The notes under the pieces: generated by a model | Databases searched by the model: none | The model's input: only the letters and a program-made list of their open reading frames with translations | What the model was told of the DNA's origin: nothing | Position numbers and translations under genes: made by a program | Shown here: positions 1-9,107 of the stretch, one piece after another | How the letters are laid out: each line of letters starts with the position of its first letter | How positions within the stretch are numbered: the stretch's first letter is position 1 | Assembly: GCA_046758505.1 (NCBI GenBank) | Contig: JBHIAH010000043.1 | Coordinates: 1 to 21,877 of the forward strand | Source of the DNA: Candidatus Methylomirabilales bacterium | GTDB lineage: Bacteria; Methylomirabilota; Methylomirabilia; Methylomirabilales; CSP1-5 | Direction: 5' to 3' | Length of the DNA stretch: 21,877 bases

Positions 1-65
1 TCGCCCGCCAGGATCTGGGGCTGGTGCGTCCCGGCGAAATCGTCTACCAGTTCCGGAAGCGGTGA
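1..65 (+). CDS. ftsB: 3' end of septum formation initiator (FtsB/DivIC family), partial
   Basis: Frame from 3 reads ARQDLGLVRPGEIVYQFRKR* (TGA 63-65), matching the AR-x-LG-x-V-x-PGE-x-x-Y/F C-terminal motif of FtsB/DivIC. Only 20 codons are visible. Confidence 0.7.
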   Translation, partial: ARQDLGLVRPGEIVYQFRKR

Positions 66-256
66 CGCCACCCCTCCTTCCTTTCCCCTCCCGAGTGTAC
101 CCTGACGGCCCGGAGGTCTCAGTGCCCGGATCACGCTCCGGCCCCTCGGAACCCCGGACCTGCCCCGTGACGCGTCACGAAGGATGAAACCTCCGAGTAG
201 CGAAACACGGCGGAAGGTGGTAGGCTTTTCTTGTGGATGTCCCACGCGCGAGCGAT

Positions 257-1234
257 ATGGTCACCATCGGTCTCTTCACTCTTACCCTGCTGATCGCATC
301 GGCGTGCGCCAGCAGGCCAGGGGAGACGTGGCACAGCTCCCCTGGGCGAGATCACCCACTCGCAGGACAGATCTGGGATGTGGGGACCGCCAGCTTCATC
401 GACGCCACGACGCTCGTCGGCCGACTGGCGCGGAGCCGTTTCGTCCTCCTGGGGGAGAAACACGACAACCCGGATCACCACCGGCTCCAGGCCCGGCTGC
501 TCAGGGCCCTGGTCGCCGCCGGCCGTCAGCCCGCCGTCGGATTCGAGATGTTCGACATCGACCAGGAGAAGGCGATTGCCCGGCATCTGGCCACCGCACC
601 GACCGACGCGGCCGGCCTCGCCGACGCCGTGCACTGGGATCGGACCGGCTGGCCGGACTGGGCCCTCTATCAACCGATCGCCGCAGTCGCCCTCGAGGCG
701 GGACTGCCGATTGTCGCGACGAACCTCTCCCGTGCCACGGCCCGGGCCCTGAGGGAGCACGGCCCGGACGGCGTGGAGGCAGGCCTCGTGACCCGGCTGG
801 GCCTCGACCGACCGCTCGCTCCCGACACGCACGCGGCGATGGCGGCCGAGATCCGGGAGTCCCACTGTGGCTACGCCTCCGAACCAATGGTCGAGGCGAT
901 GATCACCGTACAGCGAGCCCGGGATGCGCAGATGGCGGAACGGCTCGCCGCGGCGAGCCGGCAGGATGGTGCGGTATTGATCGCGGGGCTGGGGCACGTC
1001 CGCACCGACTGGGGCGTCCCGGCGTACCTCGCCGCCCCGCTGCCGGGAACTACGGTGGTCAGCCTCGCCTTTGTCGAGGTCGGCAAAGGCGACACCGAGC
1101 CCGCGGCGTACGCCTCCCGGTTCGGACGCGGTCCGGCGCCCTTCGATTACGTCTGGTTCACACCGCGGGTCGATGATCTCGACCCCTGCGAGAAGTTCCG
1201 CAAGCAGCTCAAAGGCCTGCGGAAGAAACCTTGA
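257..1234 (+). CDS. ChaN-family (haem-binding uptake/Tiki superfamily) lipoprotein
   Basis: Hydrophobic signal with lipobox LIASAC; motifs VLLGEKHDNPDHH, VGFEMF, W-x-x-Y-x-P, Q-x-x-RD-x-x-MA, IAG-x-GH. Start placed at ATG 257 (the ORF track opens at 233). Confidence 0.85.
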   Translation: MVTIGLFTLTLLIASACASRPGETWHSSPGRDHPLAGQIWDVGTASFIDATTLVGRLARSRFVLLGEKHDNPDHHRLQARLLRALVAAGRQPAVGFEMFDIDQEKAIARHLATAPTDAAGLADAVHWDRTGWPDWALYQPIAAVALEAGLPIVATNLSRATARALREHGPDGVEAGLVTRLGLDRPLAPDTHAAMAAEIRESHCGYASEPMVEAMITVQRARDAQMAERLAAASRQDGAVLIAGLGHVRTDWGVPAYLAAPLPGTTVVSLAFVEVGKGDTEPAAYASRFGRGPAPFDYVWFTPRVDDLDPCEKFRKQLKGLRKKP

Positions 1235-1283
1235 GGCCGGGACGCCCGACGAGCACGCGATGACACGACGAGGGCCAGGTGAG

Positions 1284-3260
1284 ATGAAGGAATACGTCCT
1301 GAAGACGCCGAAAACCCCCGTCGACCTCTCCGCGTACGAGGCCGCCCTCAACCCCGCGCAGCTTCAGGCGGTGACGGCTGGCCGCGGCCCCCACCTGGTT
1401 ATCGCCGGCGCGGGGAGCGGCAAGACCCGGGTGATCACCTACCGGGTCGCCTATCTTATCGACCAGGGCACGGATCCGTCCCGGATCCTCCTGGTCACCT
1501 TCACCAACAAGGCGGCCCGCGAGATGCTTCGCCGGGTGGCCGAGCTCGCCCGAGGCGACAGCCGCCAGGTCTGGGGGGGCACCTTCCACCACATCGGCAA
1601 TCTCATCCTCCGCCGCCATGCCCCCCTCGTCGGCCTCACGAGCGGCTACACCATCCTCGATCGCGAGGACGCCAAGGAACTCCTCCAGGCCTGTGTCACC
1701 GATCTGGGAATGGCCGCGACGAAACACCGCTTCCCGAGGGGGGATGTACTCCAGGACATCCTGAGTACCGCCGTCAACACCGAGCGCTCGGTCCCCACGG
1801 TCCTGCAGGACCGGTATCCCTTCTTCACTCTCTTTGAGGCAGAGATTCTCGCCATCGCCCGCCGCTACCAGGAGCGGAAACACAGGGACAACCTGGCGGA
1901 CTACGACGACCTTCTCGCCCACTGGCTCCGCCTCCTCCGGGAGCAACCGGAGGTGCTCGACAGCTACCGGCAGCGGTTTCTCCACGTCCTCTGCGACGAG
2001 TATCAGGACACCAACGCCCTGCAGGGCGAGATCCTGGACCTCCTCGCCTCGCATCACCGGAATCTCATGGTTGTCGGAGATGACGCGCAGTCGATCTTCG
2101 CGTTCCGGGGAGCGAACTACGCGAACATTCTCCGCTTCACCGACCGCTACCCCGACGCCGAGGTCCACAAGCTGGAGACCAACTACCGGAGTACCCCCGA
2201 GGTGCTCGATCTCGCCAATGCCAGCATCGCCCACAACGTCGACCAGTATCACAAGACCCTCAGGCCGGTCCGGCCCACCGGGCCCACGCCGGCCCTGGCC
2301 CCCCTTACCGACGAGGAAGAACAGGCGGCCTTCGTCGCCCAACGGGCCCTGGAGCTTCGGGACGAGGGCATCCCCCTGCATGAGATGGCCGTCCTCTACC
2401 GCGCCCACTTCCAGAGCATCCAGCTGCAGCTCGAGTTGACGAGGCGCGGCATCCCCTTCGAAATTCGCTCCGGGCTCCGGTTCTACGAGCAGGCCCATGT
2501 GAAGGATGTGCTCGCGTATCTCCGGATCGTGGCCAACGCGCGGGACGAGCTGGCCTGGAAGCGGGCGGTCAAGCTCCACCCGGGCATCGGCAACGCCACA
2601 GCCGATGAGATCTGGCAGGGGATCCCGGTACAGGGTGAGCAGGTGGATCTCGCGGCACTCCGGGGGCTCTTGCCGCGCCTGGGACCCCGAGCCCGGCGGG
2701 GGTTTCAGGAGTTCCTGGCCCTGCTCGAACAGCTCCTCGCCCTTCCGCACGCCCCGGCACAGATGATCGAATCGGCGCTCGAGGGGGGCTATCGGGAGAC
2801 CCTGAAGGCCCGCTACCCGAACTGGGCCTCCCGGGCGGAGGATCTCGAGCAACTGGCCACCTTTGCCCTGCGCTATGAATCCCTGGAAGCCTTTCTCGTC
2901 GACCTGTCCCTCCTCGGCGTGCTCACCGGGGAGGACGTCCTCTGGGACGAGCCCCGCGATGAACTGCTGATCCTCTCCTCCGTGCACCAGGCCAAGGGAC
3001 TCGAGTGGAGCGCGGTCTTTCTCATCTGGCTGGTCGACGGATGGTTTCCCTCCGCCGCGGGACTGCGCGAAGAGGGAGGGCTCGAGGAGGAGCGACGCCT
3101 CTTCTACGTGGCGGTCACACGGGCCAAGGACCATCTCACCCTCTGTCACCCGCAACGCGCGACCGATCTCCGGAAGCGGGAGCTGATCCTGAAGCCGTCC
3201 CGATTCCTCCAGGAGATTCCCGAACACCTGGTCGAGCGCTGGCACGTCCGGGTAGAGTGA
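1284..3260 (+). CDS. ATP-dependent DNA helicase, UvrD/Rep/PcrA (SF1A) family
   Basis: Walker A AGAGSGKT, TFTNKAA, DEYQDTN, VGDDAQSI, NYRS, SVHQAKGLEW, EERRLFYVAVTRAK. ATG 1284 follows AGGTGA; ATG 1260 is an alternative. Confidence 0.95.
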   Translation: MKEYVLKTPKTPVDLSAYEAALNPAQLQAVTAGRGPHLVIAGAGSGKTRVITYRVAYLIDQGTDPSRILLVTFTNKAAREMLRRVAELARGDSRQVWGGTFHHIGNLILRRHAPLVGLTSGYTILDREDAKELLQACVTDLGMAATKHRFPRGDVLQDILSTAVNTERSVPTVLQDRYPFFTLFEAEILAIARRYQERKHRDNLADYDDLLAHWLRLLREQPEVLDSYRQRFLHVLCDEYQDTNALQGEILDLLASHHRNLMVVGDDAQSIFAFRGANYANILRFTDRYPDAEVHKLETNYRSTPEVLDLANASIAHNVDQYHKTLRPVRPTGPTPALAPLTDEEEQAAFVAQRALELRDEGIPLHEMAVLYRAHFQSIQLQLELTRRGIPFEIRSGLRFYEQAHVKDVLAYLRIVANARDELAWKRAVKLHPGIGNATADEIWQGIPVQGEQVDLAALRGLLPRLGPRARRGFQEFLALLEQLLALPHAPAQMIESALEGGYRETLKARYPNWASRAEDLEQLATFALRYESLEAFLVDLSLLGVLTGEDVLWDEPRDELLILSSVHQAKGLEWSAVFLIWLVDGWFPSAAGLREEGGLEEERRLFYVAVTRAKDHLTLCHPQRATDLRKRELILKPSRFLQEIPEHLVERWHVRVE

Positions 3261-4150
3261 GGAGGAACGCCCTGGCACCCGGCAGCATCAGAATCGGGAC
3301 CGCGGGATTCAAGTATGCGGACTGGAAGGGGGCCTTTTACCCGGCAAGGCTTCCCGACCGGGACATGCTCCGCTTCTATGCAGAGTGCTTCGATGCGCTC
3401 GAGATCAACTACACCTATTACCAGATGCCGAGCCCGAAGACGCTCGAGGCCATGGCCCGAAAGGCGGGCGGCCAGATCACGTTCAGCGTGAAGGCGCACG
3501 GAGATATGACCCACCGGCGGGAAAACTTACAGGCGGCGGCCCCCCCGTTCCGCGAGGCGATCCGGGCGCTCGAGGATCGACAGGCCCTCGGGTGCGTCCT
3601 GGCGCAGTTTCCCTACAGCTTTTGGAACACCCGGCCGAACCGGGAGCATCTCCTCCGCCTCCGGGAGGCCCTGGTGGGGGTCCCCCTGGTGATCGAGTTT
3701 CGCAACGCGTCCTGGTACACCTCCCCCGTGTTCGCCTTCTTGCGGGAGCAGGCCATCGGGTTTTGCTGTGTCGACGAGCCGGACCTCCCCAATCTCCCGC
3801 CCCGGGTGGTTGAGGCGACGGGCGCGGTCGGCTACGTGCGCTTCCACGGCCGCGCGGCAGCAAAGTGGTGGGACCATACCGAGGCCGCAGAGAGGTACGA
3901 TTACCTGTATGCCGAGGGGGAGTTGGAAGAGTGGGTGCCGAAGATCCAGACGCTGGCAGCGCAGACCCGCGTCACTTTTCTCTTCTTCAACAATCACCCC
4001 CGCGGCAAGGCGGCGGCCAACGCTTACATCATGAAACACCGCCTAGGCCTTCCGGTCGGGAAGGTCCCGAGAACCCTCATTCAGCAGTTTCCCGCCCTCA
4101 AGGCGTTGAGCACCGAGGAGACCCCCCCCGGTGAGCTCCCGCTCTCGTAA
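3257..4150 (+). CDS. DUF72 (YecE-like) domain protein
   Basis: IRIGTAGFKYADWKGAFYP, EINYTYY, QFPYSF, EFRN, YVRFHGR, RYDYLY, FFNNH motifs. GTG 3257 overlaps the helicase stop (GTGA); start uncertain. Confidence 0.9.
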   Translation: MRRNALAPGSIRIGTAGFKYADWKGAFYPARLPDRDMLRFYAECFDALEINYTYYQMPSPKTLEAMARKAGGQITFSVKAHGDMTHRRENLQAAAPPFREAIRALEDRQALGCVLAQFPYSFWNTRPNREHLLRLREALVGVPLVIEFRNASWYTSPVFAFLREQAIGFCCVDEPDLPNLPPRVVEATGAVGYVRFHGRAAAKWWDHTEAAERYDYLYAEGELEEWVPKIQTLAAQTRVTFLFFNNHPRGKAAANAYIMKHRLGLPVGKVPRTLIQQFPALKALSTEETPPGELPLS

Positions 4151-4255
4151 CCGCGGGATTCGTGGCGAATCGTCGGGAACCGATCCATCGGCCCGCCCCG
4201 GGCCGTCACCACACGTCCAAAGCCACCCAAGGCCCGACGCCAAGCAATGGGCAGG

Positions 4256-4284
4256 TTGCATGGGGCGGGGGACTGTGCTAGGGT
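4256..4284 (+). promoter_or_regulatory. Putative sigma70 promoter of hflKC
   Basis: TTGCAT (4256-4261), 17 bp, TAGGGT (4279-4284) with an extended -10 TG. Confidence 0.5.
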
Positions 4285-4336
4285 CAGGCTAAATTCAATC
4301 TCATCGCAATCTCATCCTCATCGAAGGAGGTGCTCT

Positions 4337-5389
4337 ATGTCAGCACAGGGTTGGGGCCCACGAGGCGGGAGGCCTCCCCTGGACATCCGCGACCTCATCG
4401 ACCGGCTCCGTGGGCAATGGCGTGGGCGGCAGTTGCCAAACCTGGGGGGGATCGGCGGCATCGTGGTCCTGGTGCTCGCCCTGGCCCTTCTCTGGTCGAG
4501 TTGGTTCACTGTCCAGCCGGAGGAAACCGCCCTTGTGCAGCGCTTCGGAAGGGTTGTCCGCACGGTAGGCCCGGGCCTCCACTTCAAGATTCCTTACGGG
4601 GTCGAGACGGCCCGCTTCGTCCCCACCGAGCGAGTCCTCAAGGAGGAGTTCGGGTTCCGGACCGAGGAACCAGGACGGCGGACGCGCTACTCGGCGAGGC
4701 AGTTTCAGGATGAGTCCCTCATGCTCACCGGGGATCTGAACGTCATCGACGTCGACTGGATCGTGCAGTACCGCATCAGGGACCCGGTAAAATTCCTCTT
4801 CCAGGTTCGGGAGCCGGTCGAAACGATCCGGGACGTGTCCGAAGCGGTGATGCGGCGGGTCGTGGGCAACCGTCTGGGGAGCGAGGTCCTGACCGTGGGC
4901 CGGGAAGCCGTCGAAGAAAAGGTGAAAGAAGAAATGCAGAAGATTTTGACCACGTACGAGGTCGGGGTCCGCATCTCCGCGGTCAAGCTCCAGGATGTGA
5001 CACCCCCGGACCCCGTCAAGCCGGCCTTCAACGAGGTGAACGAGGCGCGGCAGGACAAGGAGCGAAGGATCAATCAGGCGCAGGAGCAGCGCAACCAGCA
5101 GATCCCCAAGGCGCGGGGAGAGGCGGGCCGGACCATCGCCGAGGCCGAGGGCTTTGCCCTCGAGCGGATCAACCGGGCCAAAGGCGAGACGAGCCGGTTC
5201 CTGGCCATCCTGGCTGAGTACCAGCGGGCCCCCGAGGTCACGCGGAAGCGGCTCTACCTGGAGGCCGTGACCCAGATCCTCCCCGAAGCCAAGGCTCTGT
5301 ACATCGTCGACGCTGACCAAAAGGCCCTGATCCCCTGGCTCTCCCTGGAATCAGGCATGAAGCCGGCGGCGGGAGGGACAAAGCCATGA
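4337..5389 (+). CDS. hflK: FtsH protease modulator HflK
   Basis: SD AAGGAGG before ATG 4337; single TM followed by an SPFH domain; MLTGDLN, PPDPVKPAFNEV, APEVTRKRLYLE; directly followed by hflC. Confidence 0.93.
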   Translation: MSAQGWGPRGGRPPLDIRDLIDRLRGQWRGRQLPNLGGIGGIVVLVLALALLWSSWFTVQPEETALVQRFGRVVRTVGPGLHFKIPYGVETARFVPTERVLKEEFGFRTEEPGRRTRYSARQFQDESLMLTGDLNVIDVDWIVQYRIRDPVKFLFQVREPVETIRDVSEAVMRRVVGNRLGSEVLTVGREAVEEKVKEEMQKILTTYEVGVRISAVKLQDVTPPDPVKPAFNEVNEARQDKERRINQAQEQRNQQIPKARGEAGRTIAEAEGFALERINRAKGETSRFLAILAEYQRAPEVTRKRLYLEAVTQILPEAKALYIVDADQKALIPWLSLESGMKPAAGGTKP

Positions 5390-6357
5390 AGAGGACTCTC
5401 ACCATCACCATTGGCATCCTCGCAATTCTGGTGCTCCTGGTCCTCTCCGGTGCCTTCTACCGCGTGGAGGAGGGTCAGCAGGCCATCGTCCTGCAGTTCG
5501 GACGGCCCGTCGGGGACCCCGTCACCGAGGCGGGACTCCATGTCAAGCTTCCGTTCGTCCAAAATGTCCGCCGCTTTGAGAAACGGCTCCTCATCTGGGA
5601 TGGGGACCCGAACCAGATCCCCACTAAGGGACGTGAGTTCATTCTGGTCGACACCACGGCGCGGTGGCGGATCACCGACCCCAAAAAGTTCCTCGAGAGC
5701 GTGGCGACGGAACAGGGGGCCCAGTCCCGCCTCGATGACATCATCGACTCCGCGGTCCGGAGCCAGGTCTCGGGCAACGAACTGGTGGAGCTGGTGCGCA
5801 GCGCCTCGTGGGTGACGCCGGAGGAGGCGGTACTTAAGGAGGTCCCGCAGGAGTTGGAGAAGGAGCTCAAGAAGAAGATCAGCCTGGGGCGGGAGGAGAT
5901 CACCCGGGCGATCGTGGCCGAGGCCCAGAAGGTCGTCCCCCAGTACGGCATCGAGCTGATCGACGTGCGGATCAAGCGCCTCAACTACATCCAGAGCGTC
6001 CGCGAGAAGGTCTACGCCCGGATGATCTCCGAGCGGAAGCGAAAGGCCGCCCTGTTCCGCTCGGAAGGTGAGGGGGACAGCGCCGAGATCCTGGGCACCA
6101 TGGAGAAAGATCTCCGCCAGATTCGATCCACTGCCTACCGCCGGGCCCAGGTGATTCGTGGGAAGGCCGATGCCCAGGCCACCCGGATCTATGGCACAGC
6201 GTTCAACAAGGATCCAGAATTTTACGCCTTCTCCCGTACGCTGGAGGCGTATAAGGAAGGACAGAACAATAACTCCGTCCTCATCCTGACCACGGACAGC
6301 GACTATTACCGGTATCTCAAGGAGGCGGTGTCGGGGGATCAGCGGCGACGCCGGTAA
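5386..6357 (+). CDS. hflC: FtsH protease modulator HflC
   Basis: ATGA overlap with hflK; GLHVKLPF, DVRIKR, RMISERKRKA, RSEGEG, DPEFYAFSRTLEAY. Confidence 0.93.
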   Translation: MKRTLTITIGILAILVLLVLSGAFYRVEEGQQAIVLQFGRPVGDPVTEAGLHVKLPFVQNVRRFEKRLLIWDGDPNQIPTKGREFILVDTTARWRITDPKKFLESVATEQGAQSRLDDIIDSAVRSQVSGNELVELVRSASWVTPEEAVLKEVPQELEKELKKKISLGREEITRAIVAEAQKVVPQYGIELIDVRIKRLNYIQSVREKVYARMISERKRKAALFRSEGEGDSAEILGTMEKDLRQIRSTAYRRAQVIRGKADAQATRIYGTAFNKDPEFYAFSRTLEAYKEGQNNNSVLILTTDSDYYRYLKEAVSGDQRRRR

Positions 6358-6362
6358 CGAAT

Positions 6363-6540
6363 AGCAGTCAGCTGTCAGCGGTCAGCAGTGAGGAGCAGTC
6401 AGCAGTCAGCCTTAATGTCGTTTGGTCGCTTTGAATTGTTGCTCACAGCTGACAGTTCGTATTTTGCTGATAGCGGACTGCTGATAGCGAAGAGCTCTGG
6501 TTTACCCCTGCTGATGGCTGATTGCTGACTGCTGATAGCT
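6363..6540. repeat. Heptamer tandem repeats in inverted arrangement (AGCNGTC)n ... (GCTGAYN)n
   Basis: AGCAGTC AGCTGTC AGCGGTC AGCAGTG (6363-6390) and 2x AGCAGTC (6394-6407); reverse-complement units GCTGATA GCGGACT GCTGATA from 6466 and GCTGATG GCTGATT GCTGACT GCTGATA from 6510. Confidence 0.85.
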
Positions 6541-6554
6541 GTATTTGAGCACTC

Positions 6555-8906
6555 CTAGAGCGTGCGATCAAACGCGAGTTTCTCGAGCATCTCGTCGAGT
6601 TGTTTCTGGGCCAGGGCCCGTCGCTCTTCCAACCGCGCGCGATCAGCGCGAAGTGCCCCCAGGCGGTTCTCCTGCTTTTCGAGTTGCCGGATGTAGCGGA
6701 GGCGGAGGGTCGCCTCCTCCGGCGTCCGGCCCAGCCGCCGGAGATTATTCCGGACCCGCTCCTGATCGCTGAAGATGCCTTTCTGCTCCTTCTCCAGGGC
6801 CACGATCTTGTTCGTTAGTTCGGCTATCCGATTCTTCCTGGCGACGATCCGCTGCAAGGCGCGCTCGATCTCGGCATCGATAGTCTTCTGCCGGACCCAG
6901 AGGGTGATCTGCTCCGGCGTGACGTTCCGGATGGCGTAGGTCGTCTGGCGGGGGTTCTCCTCGCGCACGGCCAGTTCCGTCGTGGTCTTTGGCTCGACCT
7001 TCACGCGGAAGCGGTGGTAGCTGGCCGTCGATTCAGCCGCCGGCGGGGTCTCGACCACTGTCCACCCGGCCCGCACCGGGTGCTCCACCACGACCGTGCG
7101 GGCCTTCGCATCGTTGTTGCGGATCACGTAGGTCTTTTTCTCCCTCACCTTCACATGGAGCCGCATCACCCCCCGACGAATCTGCACCCGCTCGACCCGC
7201 TCGCGCTCCGTCCCCCGGTTGGTGGTGACCTGCACCCCCAGATCGAGCGCGTAGCTCAACAGGCGGCGCTCCCCGGGGTTGATGGTTTCGGTCAGCCCCT
7301 CGCCTGCGAAGGCGTTCGAGTCAATGACGGTAAACGAGCCGGCGTCGAGGGTGAGTCCGCTCGTATTCTTGAGCCACACGGCCAGCCGGGGGCGTCGCCC
7401 TCCAGAGGCCTCGTTATACAGGGAGACCTTCTCCCCCTCAACCCCGGTGTGCAGGATGGGGAGTAGCGCCGACTGGTTCCGCCGGATCGTCACCGGCTGC
7501 CGGAGTGCGTACTCGAACTGCTCTCCCAGGGCCTGCGCCCGCGCGCCCTCGGGCGCCCGCTGACGCATCACCGCACCCAAGCGGCCAGCCACCACCTTGG
7601 CCGGGGCTTCGGCCGCGACAGAGGGGGCTCCTGGCGCCGCGAGTCCCTCGGCCTTCCCTCGCCGTCGCGCGCGGAACTCGTCCCGCGCTTTCTTTTCAGC
7701 CACACGTCCCTCTTCCACCACACCGCCGAGGGAAAAATTCAGCGCGGTGACGCGCCCGCTGTGCGCCGCAATCTCCCGATACCGTGCCTGACCGAGCGAG
7801 GGATGCACCGCCCGCACCGTGTACGTCCCCGGCGCGAGGCCGCCGATCTGAAAGCGGCCGCTCCCGTCTGTCCTCCCCTCCCCCATCACGGCGCCGGTCC
7901 GGCCCAGCACCCGCACGACGGTCCCGGGGACGGGAGCGCCGCGCGCGTCCGTCACCCGCCCGGCCACCGCCGCCTGGCCCGCCGGAACCTCCAGTGTCGC
8001 CTCGTGGGTCTGCGGCGTCACCTGAAAGCCTTGGGGCAGGGGCACGACCGGACGCCGCGCGTACAGCGGCTGCGAGAGGTTTTGCACAAAGCTCACCGGC
8101 GCCCCGGCCACGAGCGACAGCTCCACCTGGTCCCAGTTCATCGGCGTGGTGTTATCGACGATGGCCCACCCCTGGAGGAGCGGTTGTTTTTTTTCATCGA
8201 GGACGATTCGGTAGGTCGTCTTCCAGATCGGGGCCTCCGCGGTGTAGCTGACGTAGAGCTTTCGGCTGCCCGAGCCCACCGTGTGGATGTGGAGCCGGCG
8301 GACGTCGCGCCGGTGCGCCGAATCGAGGAGCTCGAGGTAGCGGCCCACATCGCCGGCCAGTTCCCGCGTGCGCAGTTTGAGGGCCCCCGCCGAGGCCAGT
8401 TCCACCGTACGTACTTCACCTTGCGCCGTGAAGACCACAACCTCGATGGCCTCCGCCACCGCGTTCGGCCCCACTTGCCTGCGCCGCACCTCGGCCCCCA
8501 TCAATTTGCCAGCCACCGGGCCGCCCGGCGCCCGGATCTCCACCTCGGTGCCGCGGACCTGATTCAGGAAGTTCACCAGGCCCTGGGTCGAGCGCAGGTC
8601 GATGGGGAGTCGGGCCAGCCGCCGGTCGAGCGGCGCCGCCGAATCGTACGTCACGCCGGCCACCTGGCCTTTTCCCAGGTCGATCACGGTGAGCGACTTG
8701 AGCACGTCGTTCAACTCGGCACTGGGGAGTACGATCTCCACGTCCTGGTCACCTCGCACTTTTCCCAGGTGCTCGAAGTACCCCATGCCGTTCTTGTAGA
8801 GGACCACCTTGCGCACGGGCAGCGGCACGGGAGATTCGGCCCCTCCCGCGTGGGGTGACGGAAACGCCACAACCAGCAATCCGACCAGCGCCATCCACTT
8901 CCGCAT
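6555..8906 (-). CDS. Secreted DUF4139-type protein with internal carboxypeptidase-regulatory-like (beta-sandwich) domain
   Basis: SD GGAGGAG before ATG 8906; signal peptide MRKWMALVGLLVVAF; VVLYKNGMGYFEH, LNDVLKSL, PIWKTTYR, LQGWAIVDNT, C-terminal coiled coil; insert VAGRVTDARGAPVPG...TDGSGRF...LAPGTYTV. Confidence 0.8.
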   Translation of the reverse strand: MRKWMALVGLLVVAFPSPHAGGAESPVPLPVRKVVLYKNGMGYFEHLGKVRGDQDVEIVLPSAELNDVLKSLTVIDLGKGQVAGVTYDSAAPLDRRLARLPIDLRSTQGLVNFLNQVRGTEVEIRAPGGPVAGKLMGAEVRRRQVGPNAVAEAIEVVVFTAQGEVRTVELASAGALKLRTRELAGDVGRYLELLDSAHRRDVRRLHIHTVGSGSRKLYVSYTAEAPIWKTTYRIVLDEKKQPLLQGWAIVDNTTPMNWDQVELSLVAGAPVSFVQNLSQPLYARRPVVPLPQGFQVTPQTHEATLEVPAGQAAVAGRVTDARGAPVPGTVVRVLGRTGAVMGEGRTDGSGRFQIGGLAPGTYTVRAVHPSLGQARYREIAAHSGRVTALNFSLGGVVEEGRVAEKKARDEFRARRRGKAEGLAAPGAPSVAAEAPAKVVAGRLGAVMRQRAPEGARAQALGEQFEYALRQPVTIRRNQSALLPILHTGVEGEKVSLYNEASGGRRPRLAVWLKNTSGLTLDAGSFTVIDSNAFAGEGLTETINPGERRLLSYALDLGVQVTTNRGTERERVERVQIRRGVMRLHVKVREKKTYVIRNNDAKARTVVVEHPVRAGWTVVETPPAAESTASYHRFRVKVEPKTTTELAVREENPRQTTYAIRNVTPEQITLWVRQKTIDAEIERALQRIVARKNRIAELTNKIVALEKEQKGIFSDQERVRNNLRRLGRTPEEATLRLRYIRQLEKQENRLGALRADRARLEERRALAQKQLDEMLEKLAFDRTL

Positions 8907-8987
8907 TGATCTCCTCCCTTCGCTTTCCTTCCCCCGCGCCCTCACTCCGTGACCCGCGTCGCTCGCCTGCATATCCCTTTTCGAGCT

Positions 8988-9003
8988 AGCAAGACGGGGG
9001 CCA
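8988..9003 (-). promoter_or_regulatory. Putative sigma54 (-24/-12) promoter
   Basis: Minus strand TGGCCCCCGTCTTGCT, exact GG-N10-GC spacing, about 80 bp upstream of the DUF4139 start. Confidence 0.55.
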
Positions 9004-9107
9004 ACATTCCACACGGCGAGGAGACTCGTAGCCCCCACCGTATTCTCAGACAAAAAGGGGCGCTTTTAGTTCCGCTCCCATAGACAATTTTCGCCCTGCC
9101 CCAGAGA

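Noticed and set aside
131..3278. Long minus-strand ORFs 131-1351 and 1209-3278 and similar overlapping frames elsewhere (184-1176, 4340-5320, 7761-8858, 20083-20931)
   Set aside because: Antisense or frame shadows of well-supported genes in GC-rich DNA; no recognisable motifs.
5783..5793. TGGTGGAGCTG matching the antisense of the tRNA-Ala 3' end, as a possible att site
   Set aside because: Only 11 bp and inside intact hflC coding sequence; chance is sufficient.
6363..6540. CRISPR array
   Set aside because: The units are 7-bp tandem repeats with no unique spacers and there are no cas genes.
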